A stretch of 64,000 nt of DNA, taken from positions 32,001 through 96,000 of the forward strand of contig JAVRCJ020000009.1 of the NCBI GenBank assembly GCA_034530875.2, in the 5' to 3' direction. Under the pieces are notes generated by a model. It did not search any database and had not been told where the DNA came from. It saw only the letters and a list, made by a program, of their open reading frames with translations. Positions within the stretch are counted from its first letter, which is position 1. The number at the start of each line of letters is the position of its first letter. This DNA comes from Nostoc sp. DedSLP01. GTDB lineage: Bacteria > Cyanobacteriota > Cyanobacteriia > Cyanobacteriales > Nostocaceae. A program made the translations under genes and the position numbers. Below, in pieces: positions 32,157 through 42,468 of this stretch.

Positions 32157-32468
32157 TTAGACAACGACTGCTAAAATATCTTTTTCAGAAAGCAGTACAT
32201 ATTCTTCAGTACCGAGTTTGATGTCAGTACCGGCGTACTTAGAGTACAGAACCTTATCACCGACTTTAATTTCTAATTCTTGACGGCTACCGTCGTCGTT
32301 ACGCTTGCCAGGGCCAAGGGCGACTACTTCGCCTACTTGGGGCTTTTCTTTGGCGGTATCGGGCAAATACAGACCACCTGCGGTCTTTTCCTCAGAGGCG
32401 CTCACTTTTACGAAAACGCGATCGCCCAAAGGTTTTACTGTAGAAACTGTTAAAGATATTGCTGCCAT
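32157..32468 (-). CDS. groES: Co-chaperonin GroES
   Basis: [31 protein letters not shown]. Confidence 0.98.
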   Translation of the reverse strand: MAAISLTVSTVKPLGDRVFVKVSASEEKTAGGLYLPDTAKEKPQVGEVVALGPGKRNDDGSRQELEIKVGDKVLYSKYAGTDIKLGTEEYVLLSEKDILAVVV

Positions 32469-32486
32469 ATCATTTTCTCCGAAGAG

Positions 32487-32513
32487 TTAGCACTCTCAAC
32501 TCCTGAGTGCTAA
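32487..32513. promoter_or_regulatory. CIRCE element (HrcA operator)
   Basis: Perfect TTAGCACTC-N9-GAGTGCTAA just upstream of groES. Confidence 0.97.
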
Positions 32514-32552
32514 TCTACCCAAAAGCAGAGTCCAATGGCAAGAATTTCTTAA

Positions 32553-32568
32553 GTACGGGTTCCCGAAC
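32553..32568 (-). promoter_or_regulatory. K-box heat/light induction element
   Basis: Minus strand GTTCGG-GAAC-CCGTAC matches GTTCGG-NNAN-CCNNAC, upstream of CIRCE. Confidence 0.8.
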
Positions 32569-32794
32569 TAGAATCTCTGGAGTGTACTTAAGTACAAATG
32601 CTTAATTATTTTTACCTTGCGGGTTTTGTTCCGGAAGCTACGAATACTTCTATAGGGACTGGGGAGTAGGGAGTAGGGAGTGGGGAATATTAAGAGAATT
32701 CTTTCTCTATTCCCCATTTCCCAGTACCCATCTCAGTAAACTTTATTTGCAAAGCTTGGAAATTGTTATAGAACTGTAAGCAGGGAGTCGCTCT

Positions 32795-33268
32795 ATGAGT
32801 AACAATAAAGTGATCCAGAAAAGCCATCAAATCCCTAAAACCACCAAGTCTCTTGAAAATAAAGCCCTGAGTAATTGTGTAGAAAGTTTAGGAGTACGAA
32901 AAATCCAGCAACATATTTTTATTTGTGCTGACCAAACAACTCCTAGCTCCTGCTCAAAAAGAGCTAGTCTGGAATCTTGGGAGTACTTAAAAAAGCGACT
33001 TAAAGAGTTCAGACTCAACAAGTCGCTAGTAGGTGATCTCATTTGCTTTTTTAGAACTAAAACCAATTGCTTGCAGGTTTATTGTTCTGGACTCATAATG
33101 GTGGTCTACCTTGATGGGGTCTGGTATCGCCAAGCAAACCCGGAGGTTGATTAAGCGATCGTTTAAGAACACTTAATAGGCATAATGGCGGTTGAAAAAT
33201 ATGCGTTTTTAACCCATCCATTGCCAAAAACTTTCCTGGTTTCTTGCGAACATCTCATAGAGGCTTAA
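32795..33268 (+). pseudogene. Degenerate thioredoxin-like [2Fe-2S] ferredoxin
   Basis: HIFICADQT, RTKTNCLQV, VVYLDGVWY; in-frame TAA at 33152 and 33164, then family-like EHLIG...EKYAFLTHPLP in the same frame; Cys ligands appear degenerate. Confidence 0.7.
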
Positions 33269-33596
33269 CAACCAAAAGGTATGTTATAGCAGTAAGCTTT
33301 AAGAAAGTGCGGGTTGGTTTTGAGGTAGGGTCATCTTTAAGCCAATACTTAACTAGTTAGTCAGAAGGATTATTATTTAATCAGTGTTTTTTACCCCGCC
33401 CCTTTCAAAGCGATATATAATAGCGCATTATAGATACTACTGCTATACGTATCCTTGCTGGACTTTTGCTATCGAGCTAGTAGTCTCTTGAAAGTGCTCG
33501 GCATTTTTGAGACTTGAGACAGCAAAGGCAAGTTAAGTAGAAAAAAGGACAACATCTCACACAACCCACCATAGAGGATAAATATTCAAGACCTTG

Positions 33597-34274
33597 ATGG
33601 ACCGAAGCGCGACAAGTGCCACTGCTATGAAAGAGCCCAGCATGAAAGATCACAAACGACTTCTATTGATTGATGATGACCCTAACCTCATCTTGCTGGT
33701 GAAGGATTACTTAGAATTCCGGGGATATGAAGTCATCACCGCTGAAAATGGACGTGAAGCTCTGGAAATTTTAGAGCAAGATGTTCCAGACATGATCATC
33801 TGCGATGTGATGATGCCGGAAATGGACGGATATACTTTTGTGGAACAAGTCCGGCAAAACGAACGCACCAGTTGGATTCCAGTTCTTTTCCTTTCAGCCA
33901 AAGGACAAAGTGCAGACCGAGTTAAAGGTCTAAACAAAGGTGCTGATGTTTATATGGTCAAGCCCTTTGAACCAGAAGAACTCGTAGCCCAAGTTGAGTC
34001 CTCACTGAAACAAACTATCCGTTGGAAAGAACACCAAGCAAAAGGGGGCGAAAACGGTTCCCGCATCCAAGTTCCTTTCGATGTCCAGTTAACCCCGACC
34101 GAACTGAAAGTAGTCCAGTTTGTAGCTAGGGGTTTAGCTAACCGGGAAATTGCTGAAGAACTCAACGTTAGTCAGCGTACAGTTGAAAGCCATGTGTCCA
34201 ACATGTTGGGCAAAACCAATCTCCACAACCGCACTGAACTAGCGCGGTGGGCGATTGAAAATCAAATGGCATAA
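33597..34274 (+). CDS. NarL/LuxR family two-component response regulator
   Basis: Receiver LLIDDD, DVMMPEMDG, KPF; HTH LTPTELKVV...GLANREIAEELNVSQRTVESHVSNML; exact start uncertain. Confidence 0.92.
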   Translation: MDRSATSATAMKEPSMKDHKRLLLIDDDPNLILLVKDYLEFRGYEVITAENGREALEILEQDVPDMIICDVMMPEMDGYTFVEQVRQNERTSWIPVLFLSAKGQSADRVKGLNKGADVYMVKPFEPEELVAQVESSLKQTIRWKEHQAKGGENGSRIQVPFDVQLTPTELKVVQFVARGLANREIAEELNVSQRTVESHVSNMLGKTNLHNRTELARWAIENQMA

Positions 34275-34821
34275 ATCCAGTTAGGAGTTAAAAGTTAAGA
34301 GTTATAAATTTTTTAACTCCTAACTTCTAACTTCTAACTAAAATTTACCAACCATCTTCTTCTGGATTGGATTAATGCAAAACTTATAAATCCAATTCAT
34401 CTAGGTAATTTAAGGCGCTTTTATTCTGGGAAGTTGTTCCTCGTAGTTCCAAATCGAAACAGCTATATTCTGTCATATTTGCCCTTACCTGAGTATCAGT
34501 AATAATGACTGTAAAACCATAGTAAAAAATCAGTCATGAAGCTACTGCATATTTATGCAAATCTTTGAGAATGCGAACCGAAATATGAGTTTGGGTGCAT
34601 CTATTATCTAAAATATTCAGTAATGAGATTTCACCTGTTTATTTAGAATTGCTATCGGAGCTTCCTCTTCGACTTCTAGGATGAAGTTTTTGCTTTGTAC
34701 AATTTTTTCAACGCTCAATGAAAATCAGAAATCTAGATCTGAAAAAGTTGAAGAATTGCTGATAATTTGGTAGCAATGAGGTTAATCGTCATTTTACATT
34801 GGTTTTAAATAAATTAAATAT

Positions 34822-34869
34822 TAAAAATCCGTAGGGGCTTAATCACCGTTGAACTCCTACGGATTTTTA
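34822..34869. repeat. REP-like long palindrome
   Basis: TAAAAATCCGTAGG ... CCTACGGATTTTTA, 14-bp perfect arms with an imperfect inner extension. Confidence 0.7.
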
Positions 34870-35163
34870 TATAGATTTGAAAACTAATAAATTCTCTTTC
34901 CAAACTTTAATTAATACATCGAATGCAAGCTGTGTGGGCTGTCGTTCGTCAATTTAGATTGGATTAAACAACGGTACAATCCAGCAATCCTACAAAAGCT
35001 CAAACAGCAATCTTGTCTTGTAGGAATTATAAATTTCTTTCAGCTAGCTATTTTAAATAGTATATGTTAATTTTTCACAATTTTTGGGAATTCTATTACT
35101 AGAACCTTAGAGATTTAATCCTCTGTTTAAATGTAAATAAAAATTAATTTTTATTTTTGTGTA

Positions 35164-36135
35164 ATGAGTTATTGTATCAACCCTTATTGTTTAAAACCTA
35201 TTGACCCAGCGAACGCAAAAAACAGGATTTGCTGTAACTGTGGATCGGATTTAGTGCTTAAAGGTCGCTATCGAGTACTCAAGGAACTAGGCAGTGGTGG
35301 CTTTAGTAAAACTTTTGAGGTTGATGATTGTGGCACAACTAAAGTTTTAAAAGTGCTGACTGAGAATAACTCAAAAGCCATTGAATTGTTTCAGCAGGAA
35401 GCAAAGGTTTTGAGTCAGCTGAACAGTGCGGGTATTCCCAAAGTATAACCAGATGGTTATTTTACTGTTTTACCTAAAAATAGCTGTGTACCATTGCACT
35501 GTTTAGCAATGGAGAAAATTGAGGGAGTAAATTTAGAGCAGTGGATGGAATTTCATAATTATCAATGTATTTCTGAAGCTCAAGCTCTCAATTGGCTCAA
35601 GCAACTTGTAGAAATTCTTGCTCTAGTACACGCTCATCAATATTTTCACCGTGATATTAAACCTCAAAATATCATGCTGCGACCAAGTGGGCAGCTTGTC
35701 TTAATTGATTTTGGTGCAGTTCGACAAGTCACGACAACCATTGTGGCAGGAAATTCTCATACCAGAATTATTTCACAAGGCTATTCACCACCAGAGCAAC
35801 AAAACGGTTATTCGGTACAGCAGTCTGACTTTTTTGCATTGGGACGGACTTTTATTTTTCTGCTCACAGGTAAGGAACCCCAGGATAAATCTATTTACGA
35901 TCCTCTTACGAACGAGTTGCACTGGTGAAAATCTGCACTCAATCTTTCTTTCCTTTTAGCAGATTTAATTGACCATTTAATGGCTCCTACTGCAAATCAG
36001 CGTCCTGAAAATACGCAAGTGATTTTGCAGAAATTGAACGAAATAGAAAAAGAGTTGCAAACGCCTAAAATACTAGGTCAAAAAACGACAATTCAATTAA
36101 CAAATAGGTCTAAATCCGAAACTTCAATTGGTTAA
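35164..36135 (+). pseudogene. Ser/Thr protein kinase (Pkn2-type, N-terminal 4-Cys motif) with two in-frame stops
   Basis: YCINPYC..CCNCG, LGSGGFSKTF, HRDIKPQN, DFG, GYSPPEQ; TAA 35446-35448 (likely GAA) and TGA 35926-35928 (likely CGA); same frame continues ADLIDHLMAPTANQRP to TAA 36135. Confidence 0.85.
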
Positions 36136-36139
36136 GTAA

Positions 36140-36452
36140 TGACCAAAGCACTTGAAGCAATTAGCGAGATCGCCAGCTACAAAGAAATATAGCTGCTGCC
36201 AGTGGCATCTTAGCAGGTCTGGTATTAAATAAAAATGTAATTAACAAGATTTTAAGGAGTGAGATGATGCGCGAATCAGTCATTTATCAACAAATCCTAG
36301 AAGAAGGCGAAGCCAAAGGTAAAGCAGAAACAATAAGAAAGTTGGCTTTAAATTTGTTGCGAATTGGGATGAGTTTAGAGCAAATTGCTGAAGTTACCGA
36401 ATTATCTATTGAGCAGATTCAAGTTTTACAACAAGAAATTCAACAATCTTAA
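36140..36452 (+). pseudogene. 5'-truncated Rpn-family gene; C-terminal ORF 36264-36452 intact
   Basis: RQLQRNIAAASGILAGLVLNKNVINKILRSEMMRESVIYQQILEEG parallels the 29441-30253 protein; nuclease domain absent; AGGAG precedes ATG 36264. Confidence 0.7.
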
Positions 36453-36589
36453 TTTTTACTAATTGCTTGATAAAATACCCCCTATACAAATGAAACCCGC
36501 GAATGCGGGTTTCAAAGTTTTTATTAGTCCATCAGAACAGACTTGGTTTGTGTAGACGTGATTTCTAATCGCCTGATTTTCAACTCAAA

Positions 36590-37981
36590 CTAAAACTCAG
36601 CACTTTGAGGTGTACGTGGGAAAGGAATTACATCGCGAATATTTGGCATTCCGGTGATGAATTGCACGAGTCGTTCAAAACCCAAACCAAAACCAGCGTG
36701 AGGAACAGTACCATAACGGCGCAAATCTAGATACCACCATAAATCTTCTGGCTTCATTCCTTGCGCTATTACTCGACGTTCTAAAACGTCTAAGCGTTCT
36801 TCCCGCTGAGAACCACCAATAATTTCGCCAATTTTCGGCGCGAGAATATCCATTGCGCGAACGGTTTTTTCATCGTCGTTCAAGCGCATATAAAAAGCTT
36901 TAATTTTTGCTGGATAATCTGTAACGATTACTGGCTTTTTAAATAATTGTTCGGCTAGGTAACGTTCGTGTTCTGATTGTAAATCTAAGCCCCAGCTGAC
37001 AGGATATTCAAATTTGACATCGGCTTTTTCTAAAAGTGCGATCGCTTCTGTATAAGTTAAGCGTTCAAATTGATTGTTGATAATATTCTCGGCTGTTGCC
37101 AACACCGAATTATCAATGCGCTGATTGAAAAATTCCATATCTTCCGCACAAGTTTCCAACACATATTTAAAAATATGTTTGAGAAACTCCTCGGCTAAAT
37201 CCATATCGCCTTCTAAATCGCAAAAAGCCATTTCTGGCTCAACCATCCAAAATTCTGCTAAGTGACGCGAAGTATTGGAATTTTCTGCACGGAAGGTAGG
37301 GCCAAATGTGTAGACGTTGCTAAAGGCCATCGCCATGATTTCCGCTTCCAACTGACCGCTAACTGTTAAATATGTCGGTTTAGCAAAAAAATCTTTGCTG
37401 TAATCTACTGCTTGATTATCTGTGCGGGGAATATTTTTTAAATCCAAACTAGTAACGCTAAAAAGTTCGCCTGCGCCTTCACAGTCGCTAGCAGTGATGA
37501 TGGGTGTGTGTACCCACAAAAAACCTCTTTGTTGGAAGAATTGGTGAATTGCTGTGGAACAAGCATTTCTGACACGGAAAACTGCACCAAAAGAATTAGT
37601 ACGCGATCGCAAATGTCCAATGGTTCGCAGAAACTCAAAGGAATGACGCTTCTTTTGCAGCGGATACGTATCGGGATCGGCTTCTCCATAAACTTTTACG
37701 GATTCTGCTTTCAGCTCGATTCGCTGTCCTTTTCCCAAAGAAGCCACCAACACGCCAGCTACCTCAACAGCAGCACCCGTATTCAGCTTTTTCAAAATAG
37801 CTTCATAATCTGGCAAATCTTGATTGATGACGACTTGCAAATTAGCTAGCGATGAGCCGTCATTAACTTCGATAAAAGCAAATCCTTTGGACTCGCGTTT
37901 TGTCCTCACCCAGCCTTGAACTAGTAGAGACTCGTCAGGTTGACCACTTCGCAATATTTCTGCAATCCGTCGATTTACCAT
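36590..37981 (-). CDS. asnS: Asparagine--tRNA ligase
   Basis: [52 protein letters not shown] 37981 avoids overlap with the upstream gene. Confidence 0.96.
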   Translation of the reverse strand: MVNRRIAEILRSGQPDESLLVQGWVRTKRESKGFAFIEVNDGSSLANLQVVINQDLPDYEAILKKLNTGAAVEVAGVLVASLGKGQRIELKAESVKVYGEADPDTYPLQKKRHSFEFLRTIGHLRSRTNSFGAVFRVRNACSTAIHQFFQQRGFLWVHTPIITASDCEGAGELFSVTSLDLKNIPRTDNQAVDYSKDFFAKPTYLTVSGQLEAEIMAMAFSNVYTFGPTFRAENSNTSRHLAEFWMVEPEMAFCDLEGDMDLAEEFLKHIFKYVLETCAEDMEFFNQRIDNSVLATAENIINNQFERLTYTEAIALLEKADVKFEYPVSWGLDLQSEHERYLAEQLFKKPVIVTDYPAKIKAFYMRLNDDEKTVRAMDILAPKIGEIIGGSQREERLDVLERRVIAQGMKPEDLWWYLDLRRYGTVPHAGFGLGFERLVQFITGMPNIRDVIPFPRTPQSAEF

Positions 37982-37983
37982 AA

Positions 37984-38346
37984 TTACCCAGCATAAGACT
38001 TCAATATCCAGCCTATGATAACGCCCATTCCACCAAAGCGGACGACCTGCCAGAAAGGTTTTTTGAGACTGCGCCAAGAAAACAACTGGCTTTCTAAGTT
38101 AAGTTCTAGCATTTCCAATTGTTGTTTGATTTGCTGTAACTCTGCTTTGATTTCTGATGTCTGAGATTTATGGCGTTTTAATCGATCCTGATGCTGTTGT
38201 AATTGAGCCTTGTGCTGGCGATCGCGCTTTACTTGCTCGTAACGTTCTCTCAAAGATAAGAGCGATCGCTCTACTTCCTCGATTTCTTGTTCCAAATCTG
38301 GTTCCGGATTTTCCCCTGGCGGTTGTGATTGTTGAGACGGCTTCAT
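37984..38346 (-). CDS. Hypothetical coiled-coil protein with C-terminal TM helix
   Basis: Heptad-rich body; [18 protein letters not shown] end; abuts asnS. Confidence 0.7.
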   Translation of the reverse strand: MKPSQQSQPPGENPEPDLEQEIEEVERSLLSLRERYEQVKRDRQHKAQLQQHQDRLKRHKSQTSEIKAELQQIKQQLEMLELNLESQLFSWRSLKKPFWQVVRFGGMGVIIGWILKSYAG

Positions 38347-38635
38347 TTACAGGTAGTAAACTAAGATTAAAAGTTAATTGTCATTTGTCATTAGTCATTT
38401 GTCATTAGTCATTGGTCATTGGACTTTGGACAAATGACAAAGCCCAAAGTTTCTTACCAGGTTTCCTGCGATAGAGTAGTGATTTGCCGTGTTTGCGAAC
38501 GTCTAACTCCGCCACCCCATACCCCTACGAGTAAGTAAGCTAACAACAGCGCCTCCGTCAGGGGAAGAGTACAGAACTTTGTAACGGAGGACTAATGACA
38601 AATGACTAATGACAAATAACTAAGGACTTCAAATT

Positions 38636-38932
38636 ATGTCTCAATCTACGCAGCTGCCGAAAACCACTCAACTGGATGAATTTAGTACTTTAGAACTAGC
38701 TCAAGCTCTAATGCAAAGGCTGAGCATATCTCCACAAGATTGGCATCGCCTCAAGTCTAACCGCAATTCCCGCGCCAACGAACAAGTAGCAGCAGCTCTT
38801 GTGTATCTTCTCAATAATCAGCCACAGGAAGCTCAAGCCAGACTAGAACAAGCCATTGGTTGGCTAGATCGCTCTATTTCTGCTCCTCCCTGTCCAACTC
38901 ATGGAAATAAGGGAGTAGGGAGTGGGGAGTAG
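38636..38932 (+). CDS. Conserved cyanobacterial protein (DUF6439-like)
   Basis: DWHRLKSNR, PPCPTHG. Confidence 0.65.
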   Translation: MSQSTQLPKTTQLDEFSTLELAQALMQRLSISPQDWHRLKSNRNSRANEQVAAALVYLLNNQPQEAQARLEQAIGWLDRSISAPPCPTHGNKGVGSGE

Positions 38933-38969
38933 GGAATCGTTTCCCCACTCCCTATTCCCCATTCCCGTC

Positions 38970-39422
38970 TTAACGCCGCAGAGATAGTCCGCGGCGATTT
39001 TCCATTTGTTTGCAAAGCCTCAATTCTGTGCCCTTGCGATTCCACTCTACCTGGTCGAAGATTTGATGAAGAAGGCATAGACCGCGACCACTTTCTGCTT
39101 CATCTGGTGGCAGATAGTCTGTGGGTTCTTCTTCATCATTAATATATGAGGGGGTAAAGCCACTACCCTGGTCTGAAATTATCCACCAATATTGATTATC
39201 TATTAGGGAAAAACGAACTATTACTCTTTTACTCGGATCGAGATTATTACCATGTTTAGCTGCGTTTACCAGGGCTTCTTGAAGCCCTAAACGTAGTTCT
39301 GATTGTAATTTGGCTGGAATTTCTGCCAGCAATAAATCTAATATGGGACAAAGATAGAGGGTTGAGGCAAAACTAATGGTGCCCCAATAACGTCCAACTG
39401 GACGGAGCGAAATAGTAATCAC
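38970..39422 (-). CDS. pmgA: Anti-sigma-factor-like HATPase protein (PmgA-like)
   Basis: SFASTLYLCPILDLLL, LQEALVNAAKHGN, DQGSGF, ESGRGL; downstream of rlmD. Confidence 0.75.
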   Translation of the reverse strand: MITISLRPVGRYWGTISFASTLYLCPILDLLLAEIPAKLQSELRLGLQEALVNAAKHGNNLDPSKRVIVRFSLIDNQYWWIISDQGSGFTPSYINDEEEPTDYLPPDEAESGRGLCLLHQIFDQVEWNRKGTELRLCKQMENRRGLSLRR

Positions 39423-39804
39423 AAGAGAAACCCCATAGCTTTCAGTTAGCTAGACATCAGTTTGGTGTCACAGGCACCCTGATAATAATTGAGGTGGTCA
39501 TGCTGCCTTCAAACTTGCGTCTTTAAAACTAAATTTTGAAAATGCTGGGGAGCATTGACTTTAATAAATGAGTTGCAATTGTTGGAATCTATAACGACCG
39601 AAATAAATTTAATAATGGAACAAGCAATTTTTTAAGTTGCTATTGATTTTGTAGAGTATTGGCATACTCTAGTCGATCGGCGATTTGTAATTTACACAAT
39701 GCTGCTCATACTTTTAAGAGCCTATGCAACTTTAATTTCTTTAAACAAAAATGAATTTCTATTTTTAGCTTAATTCGATTTTAGCATTGTTAGTATGCAC
39801 TAGA

Positions 39805-41220
39805 CTACAAATTTGAAATTTCAGTTTTTTTAAAGGAGTTAGCATCCTTATCCAAATGTGATAGCACAAGAAAGGCAGCAGCTTCCACATGACTAGTTTG
39901 GGGAAAAAAATCAGCAGGTTGTACCCGTGTAATGTTATATTGCCCATCTTGACAGAGTAATTTGAGGTCGCGGGCGAGGGTGGCTACTTTACAGCTGACG
40001 TAAACAATCCGAGATGGTTTCAGGTGCCGTAAAGTGTCTATAACATTGCGATCGCACCCCTTGCGTGGTGGATCGAGGATGACAACTTCTGGTATTGTGC
40101 CCATTTTTGGCAGCAATTTCTCAACTGCGCCGACTTGAAATGTCACATTTTTGATTTCATTGCGTTGGGCATTCAAAATAGCTTGTTCCACGGCTGCTGG
40201 TTGCACTTCTAAACCTACAGCTTGACGTACTTGTTTGGCGAGGGGCAAAGTTAAAGTGCCGATACCGCAGTACGCATCAACTAAGAATTCATGCCCTTGA
40301 AGATTGAGTTCTGACTGAATTACCTGCAATAATGCCTCTGCCGTTTCTGTATAAACTTGGAAAAACGTATCCGGGCGTACTTGAAATTCTAATCCAGCAA
40401 ATTTTTCGCGTAGGTGGGGAACTCCAGCGATGCAACGGGTTTCTAATCCAAAGATAGCATTTGTGCGATCGCCATTGCGATTGAGGGAGACTCCCATTAA
40501 CTGGGGATAGCGCTTTAACCATTCCTGGGCTTGGGTTTCAATTTCTGGTAATTTCCAGTCTTTCACCACCAAAGTCAGCAACATTTCTCCAGTGTGGCGA
40601 CCGATGCGTAAACTCAGATGGCGAATTTGCCCAGCATGGCGCTGTTCGTCGTAAATTTGCCAACCCCGTTGTTGGATATCCTGCTTAACTTCCGCAAGCA
40701 TGGGATTTAAACGCGAGTCTTGGACTGGACATTGATTTAAGTTAATTAATTGGTGACTACTTTTTTGGTAGTAACCAGCTTGTACCTGTCCTGTTGCCGA
40801 TATACCCAGAGGATATGTAGATTTGTTGCGGTAGCCTAGACTAGAAGCAGCAGCCAACACTGGATCTACTGGTGGTTGGACAAAACCACCAATACGTTCC
40901 AAAGCTTGAATAACTTGATTTTGTTTCGCTACTAGTTGGTAATCGTAATTAATGTGCTGCCACTGGCAACCACCGCACTTGTCCGCCACAATACAAGCAG
41001 ATCGGATACGATGGGGCGATGGTTGCAATAGCTCCTGTAGCTTAGCGTGTGCATATTTGGGTTTAACGTGTACTAAGCGCACAATAGCGCGATCCCCTGG
41101 TACAGTATCCGGGACAAAAACTACACGTTCGTTAGCGCGTCCCACACCATCGCCAGTATCGCTCAAGTCAGCGATCGCCACTTCAATTAATTCACCCTGT
41201 TGCCAAATTGTTTTAGTCAT
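39805..41220 (-). CDS. rlmD: 23S rRNA m5U1939 methyltransferase
   Basis: TRAM domain, CGGCQWQH, FFQV, DAYCGIG, LDPPRKG, YVSC, DFFPQTSHVE. Confidence 0.92.
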   Translation of the reverse strand: MTKTIWQQGELIEVAIADLSDTGDGVGRANERVVFVPDTVPGDRAIVRLVHVKPKYAHAKLQELLQPSPHRIRSACIVADKCGGCQWQHINYDYQLVAKQNQVIQALERIGGFVQPPVDPVLAAASSLGYRNKSTYPLGISATGQVQAGYYQKSSHQLINLNQCPVQDSRLNPMLAEVKQDIQQRGWQIYDEQRHAGQIRHLSLRIGRHTGEMLLTLVVKDWKLPEIETQAQEWLKRYPQLMGVSLNRNGDRTNAIFGLETRCIAGVPHLREKFAGLEFQVRPDTFFQVYTETAEALLQVIQSELNLQGHEFLVDAYCGIGTLTLPLAKQVRQAVGLEVQPAAVEQAILNAQRNEIKNVTFQVGAVEKLLPKMGTIPEVVILDPPRKGCDRNVIDTLRHLKPSRIVYVSCKVATLARDLKLLCQDGQYNITRVQPADFFPQTSHVEAAAFLVLSHLDKDANSFKKTEISNL

Positions 41221-41411
41221 TAGTCATTGGTCATTGGTCATTAGTTATTAATTATCGTCCTCTGCCCCCTCTGCCTCCTCTGCCCCTTCTGCCCCTCTGC
41301 CCCTTTAATCCTCTGCCCCTCTTCCCATCTCCCTCATCCCCACTCCCCCTTCACTTGTGTACCTCAGACTCGCTAAACTAACAGATAATATTTAAGGTGA
41401 TTTCAATCATC

Positions 41412-41897
41412 ATGACTGTAATTAGCCAAGTTATTCTCAAAGCCGACGACGAACTGCGTTATCCCAGCAGTGGCGAACTTAAAAATATCAAAGACTTTTT
41501 GCAAACCGGCGTGCAACGGACGCGCATTGCTGCGACCTTAGCTGAAAATGAAAAAAAGATCGTTCAGGAAGCAACCAAACAACTTTGGCAAAAGCGCCCT
41601 GACTTTATCTCTCCCGGTGGTAATGCTTACGGCGAACGTCAACGTTCTCTATGCATCCGTGATTTTGGCTGGTACTTACGTCTAATTACTTATGGTGTAC
41701 TTGCCGGTGACAAAGAGCCAATTGAAAAAATCGGTTTGATTGGTGTACGGGAAATGTACAATTCATTGGGCGTTCCTGTTCCTGGAATGGTAGAAGCTAT
41801 CAGTTCTCTCAAAACAGCTGCTCTTGGCTTACTGAGTGCAGAAGATGCTGCTGAAGCTGGGCCATACTTTGATTACATCATTCAAGCGATGTCTTAA
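41412..41897 (+). CDS. apcD: Allophycocyanin-B alpha subunit
   Basis: [55 protein letters not shown]. Confidence 0.93.
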   Translation: MTVISQVILKADDELRYPSSGELKNIKDFLQTGVQRTRIAATLAENEKKIVQEATKQLWQKRPDFISPGGNAYGERQRSLCIRDFGWYLRLITYGVLAGDKEPIEKIGLIGVREMYNSLGVPVPGMVEAISSLKTAALGLLSAEDAAEAGPYFDYIIQAMS

Positions 41898-42152
41898 TAC
41901 AAAGTCTGTGTTAGTTCTAGGAGTATATATTTACTCTACTAGAGTGAGTGTAAAGTTTTAGCACTCAACAAACATAAGATTACCAATTTGATTGTAACTT
42001 CCCCACATTTGGTAGTAGCTGTGGCTAAATCTCTGTCAAGTTACCAACCAGTTGTGGGGAAATTTTATTTGGGTATGGGGCAGGGAGCAGGGGAGGCAGA
42101 GGAGGATAATTAATGACCAATGACCAATGACTAATGACTAATGACTAATAAC

Positions 42153-42186
42153 AAAAAACCGACAGTCTTCGATGAAGGCTGTCGGT
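42153..42186 (-). terminator. Rho-independent terminator (minus strand)
   Basis: ACCGACAGCCTTC-ATC-GAAGACTGTCGGT-TTTTT. Confidence 0.8.
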
Positions 42187-42267
42187 AACTAGTGTGTTCC
42201 CTATTAATGACTCGGCTAGAGTTCAGTTGTCTTTAATTATGTCTATTCAGCGATCGTAATGAGACGA
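42153..42267 (-). ncRNA. Candidate ~115-nt sRNA (possibly PsrR1/SyR1-like)
   Basis: Minus-strand -10 TATGAT at 42278-42273, no ORF, ends in a strong terminator; 5' end inferred. Confidence 0.4.
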
Positions 42268-42468
42268 TCCTAATCATACATAAGTGTGATTGTCGTCACT
42301 TGATTGTTACAGGCAAACTGCATTTGCCCAAGTAATTACTGAATTGCACTCAATTTATGCAAGTTTTGACTAAGAGTATATACGTCGGTAGATTCTTTTT
42401 CAGTTTCACTGCAAACAACAGCAGTTAAAAAATTAGCTGCTAAAGCAGGAGATAGACTAATACCAAGC

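Noticed and set aside
32629..32636. TCCGGA (DIF1-like heterocyst promoter motif), also near 15497
   Set aside because: A single hexamer is expected by chance, one copy lies inside an STRR array, and I did not identify a convincing matching -10 box
33597..34274. Naming the response regulator Rre1/OrrA because of the nearby K-box
   Set aside because: Orthology cannot be established from sequence inspection alone; several NarL-type paralogs exist
34345..34790. Possible heavily degraded minus-strand gene ending ...ALIQSREEDGW*
   Set aside because: Multiple stops and frame changes and no recognisable family; cannot be supported without a tBLASTn/BLASTX search
37982..38077. N-terminal extension of asnS in the ORF track
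   Set aside because: Overlaps the upstream gene; ATG 37981 gives the normal AsnRS N-terminus
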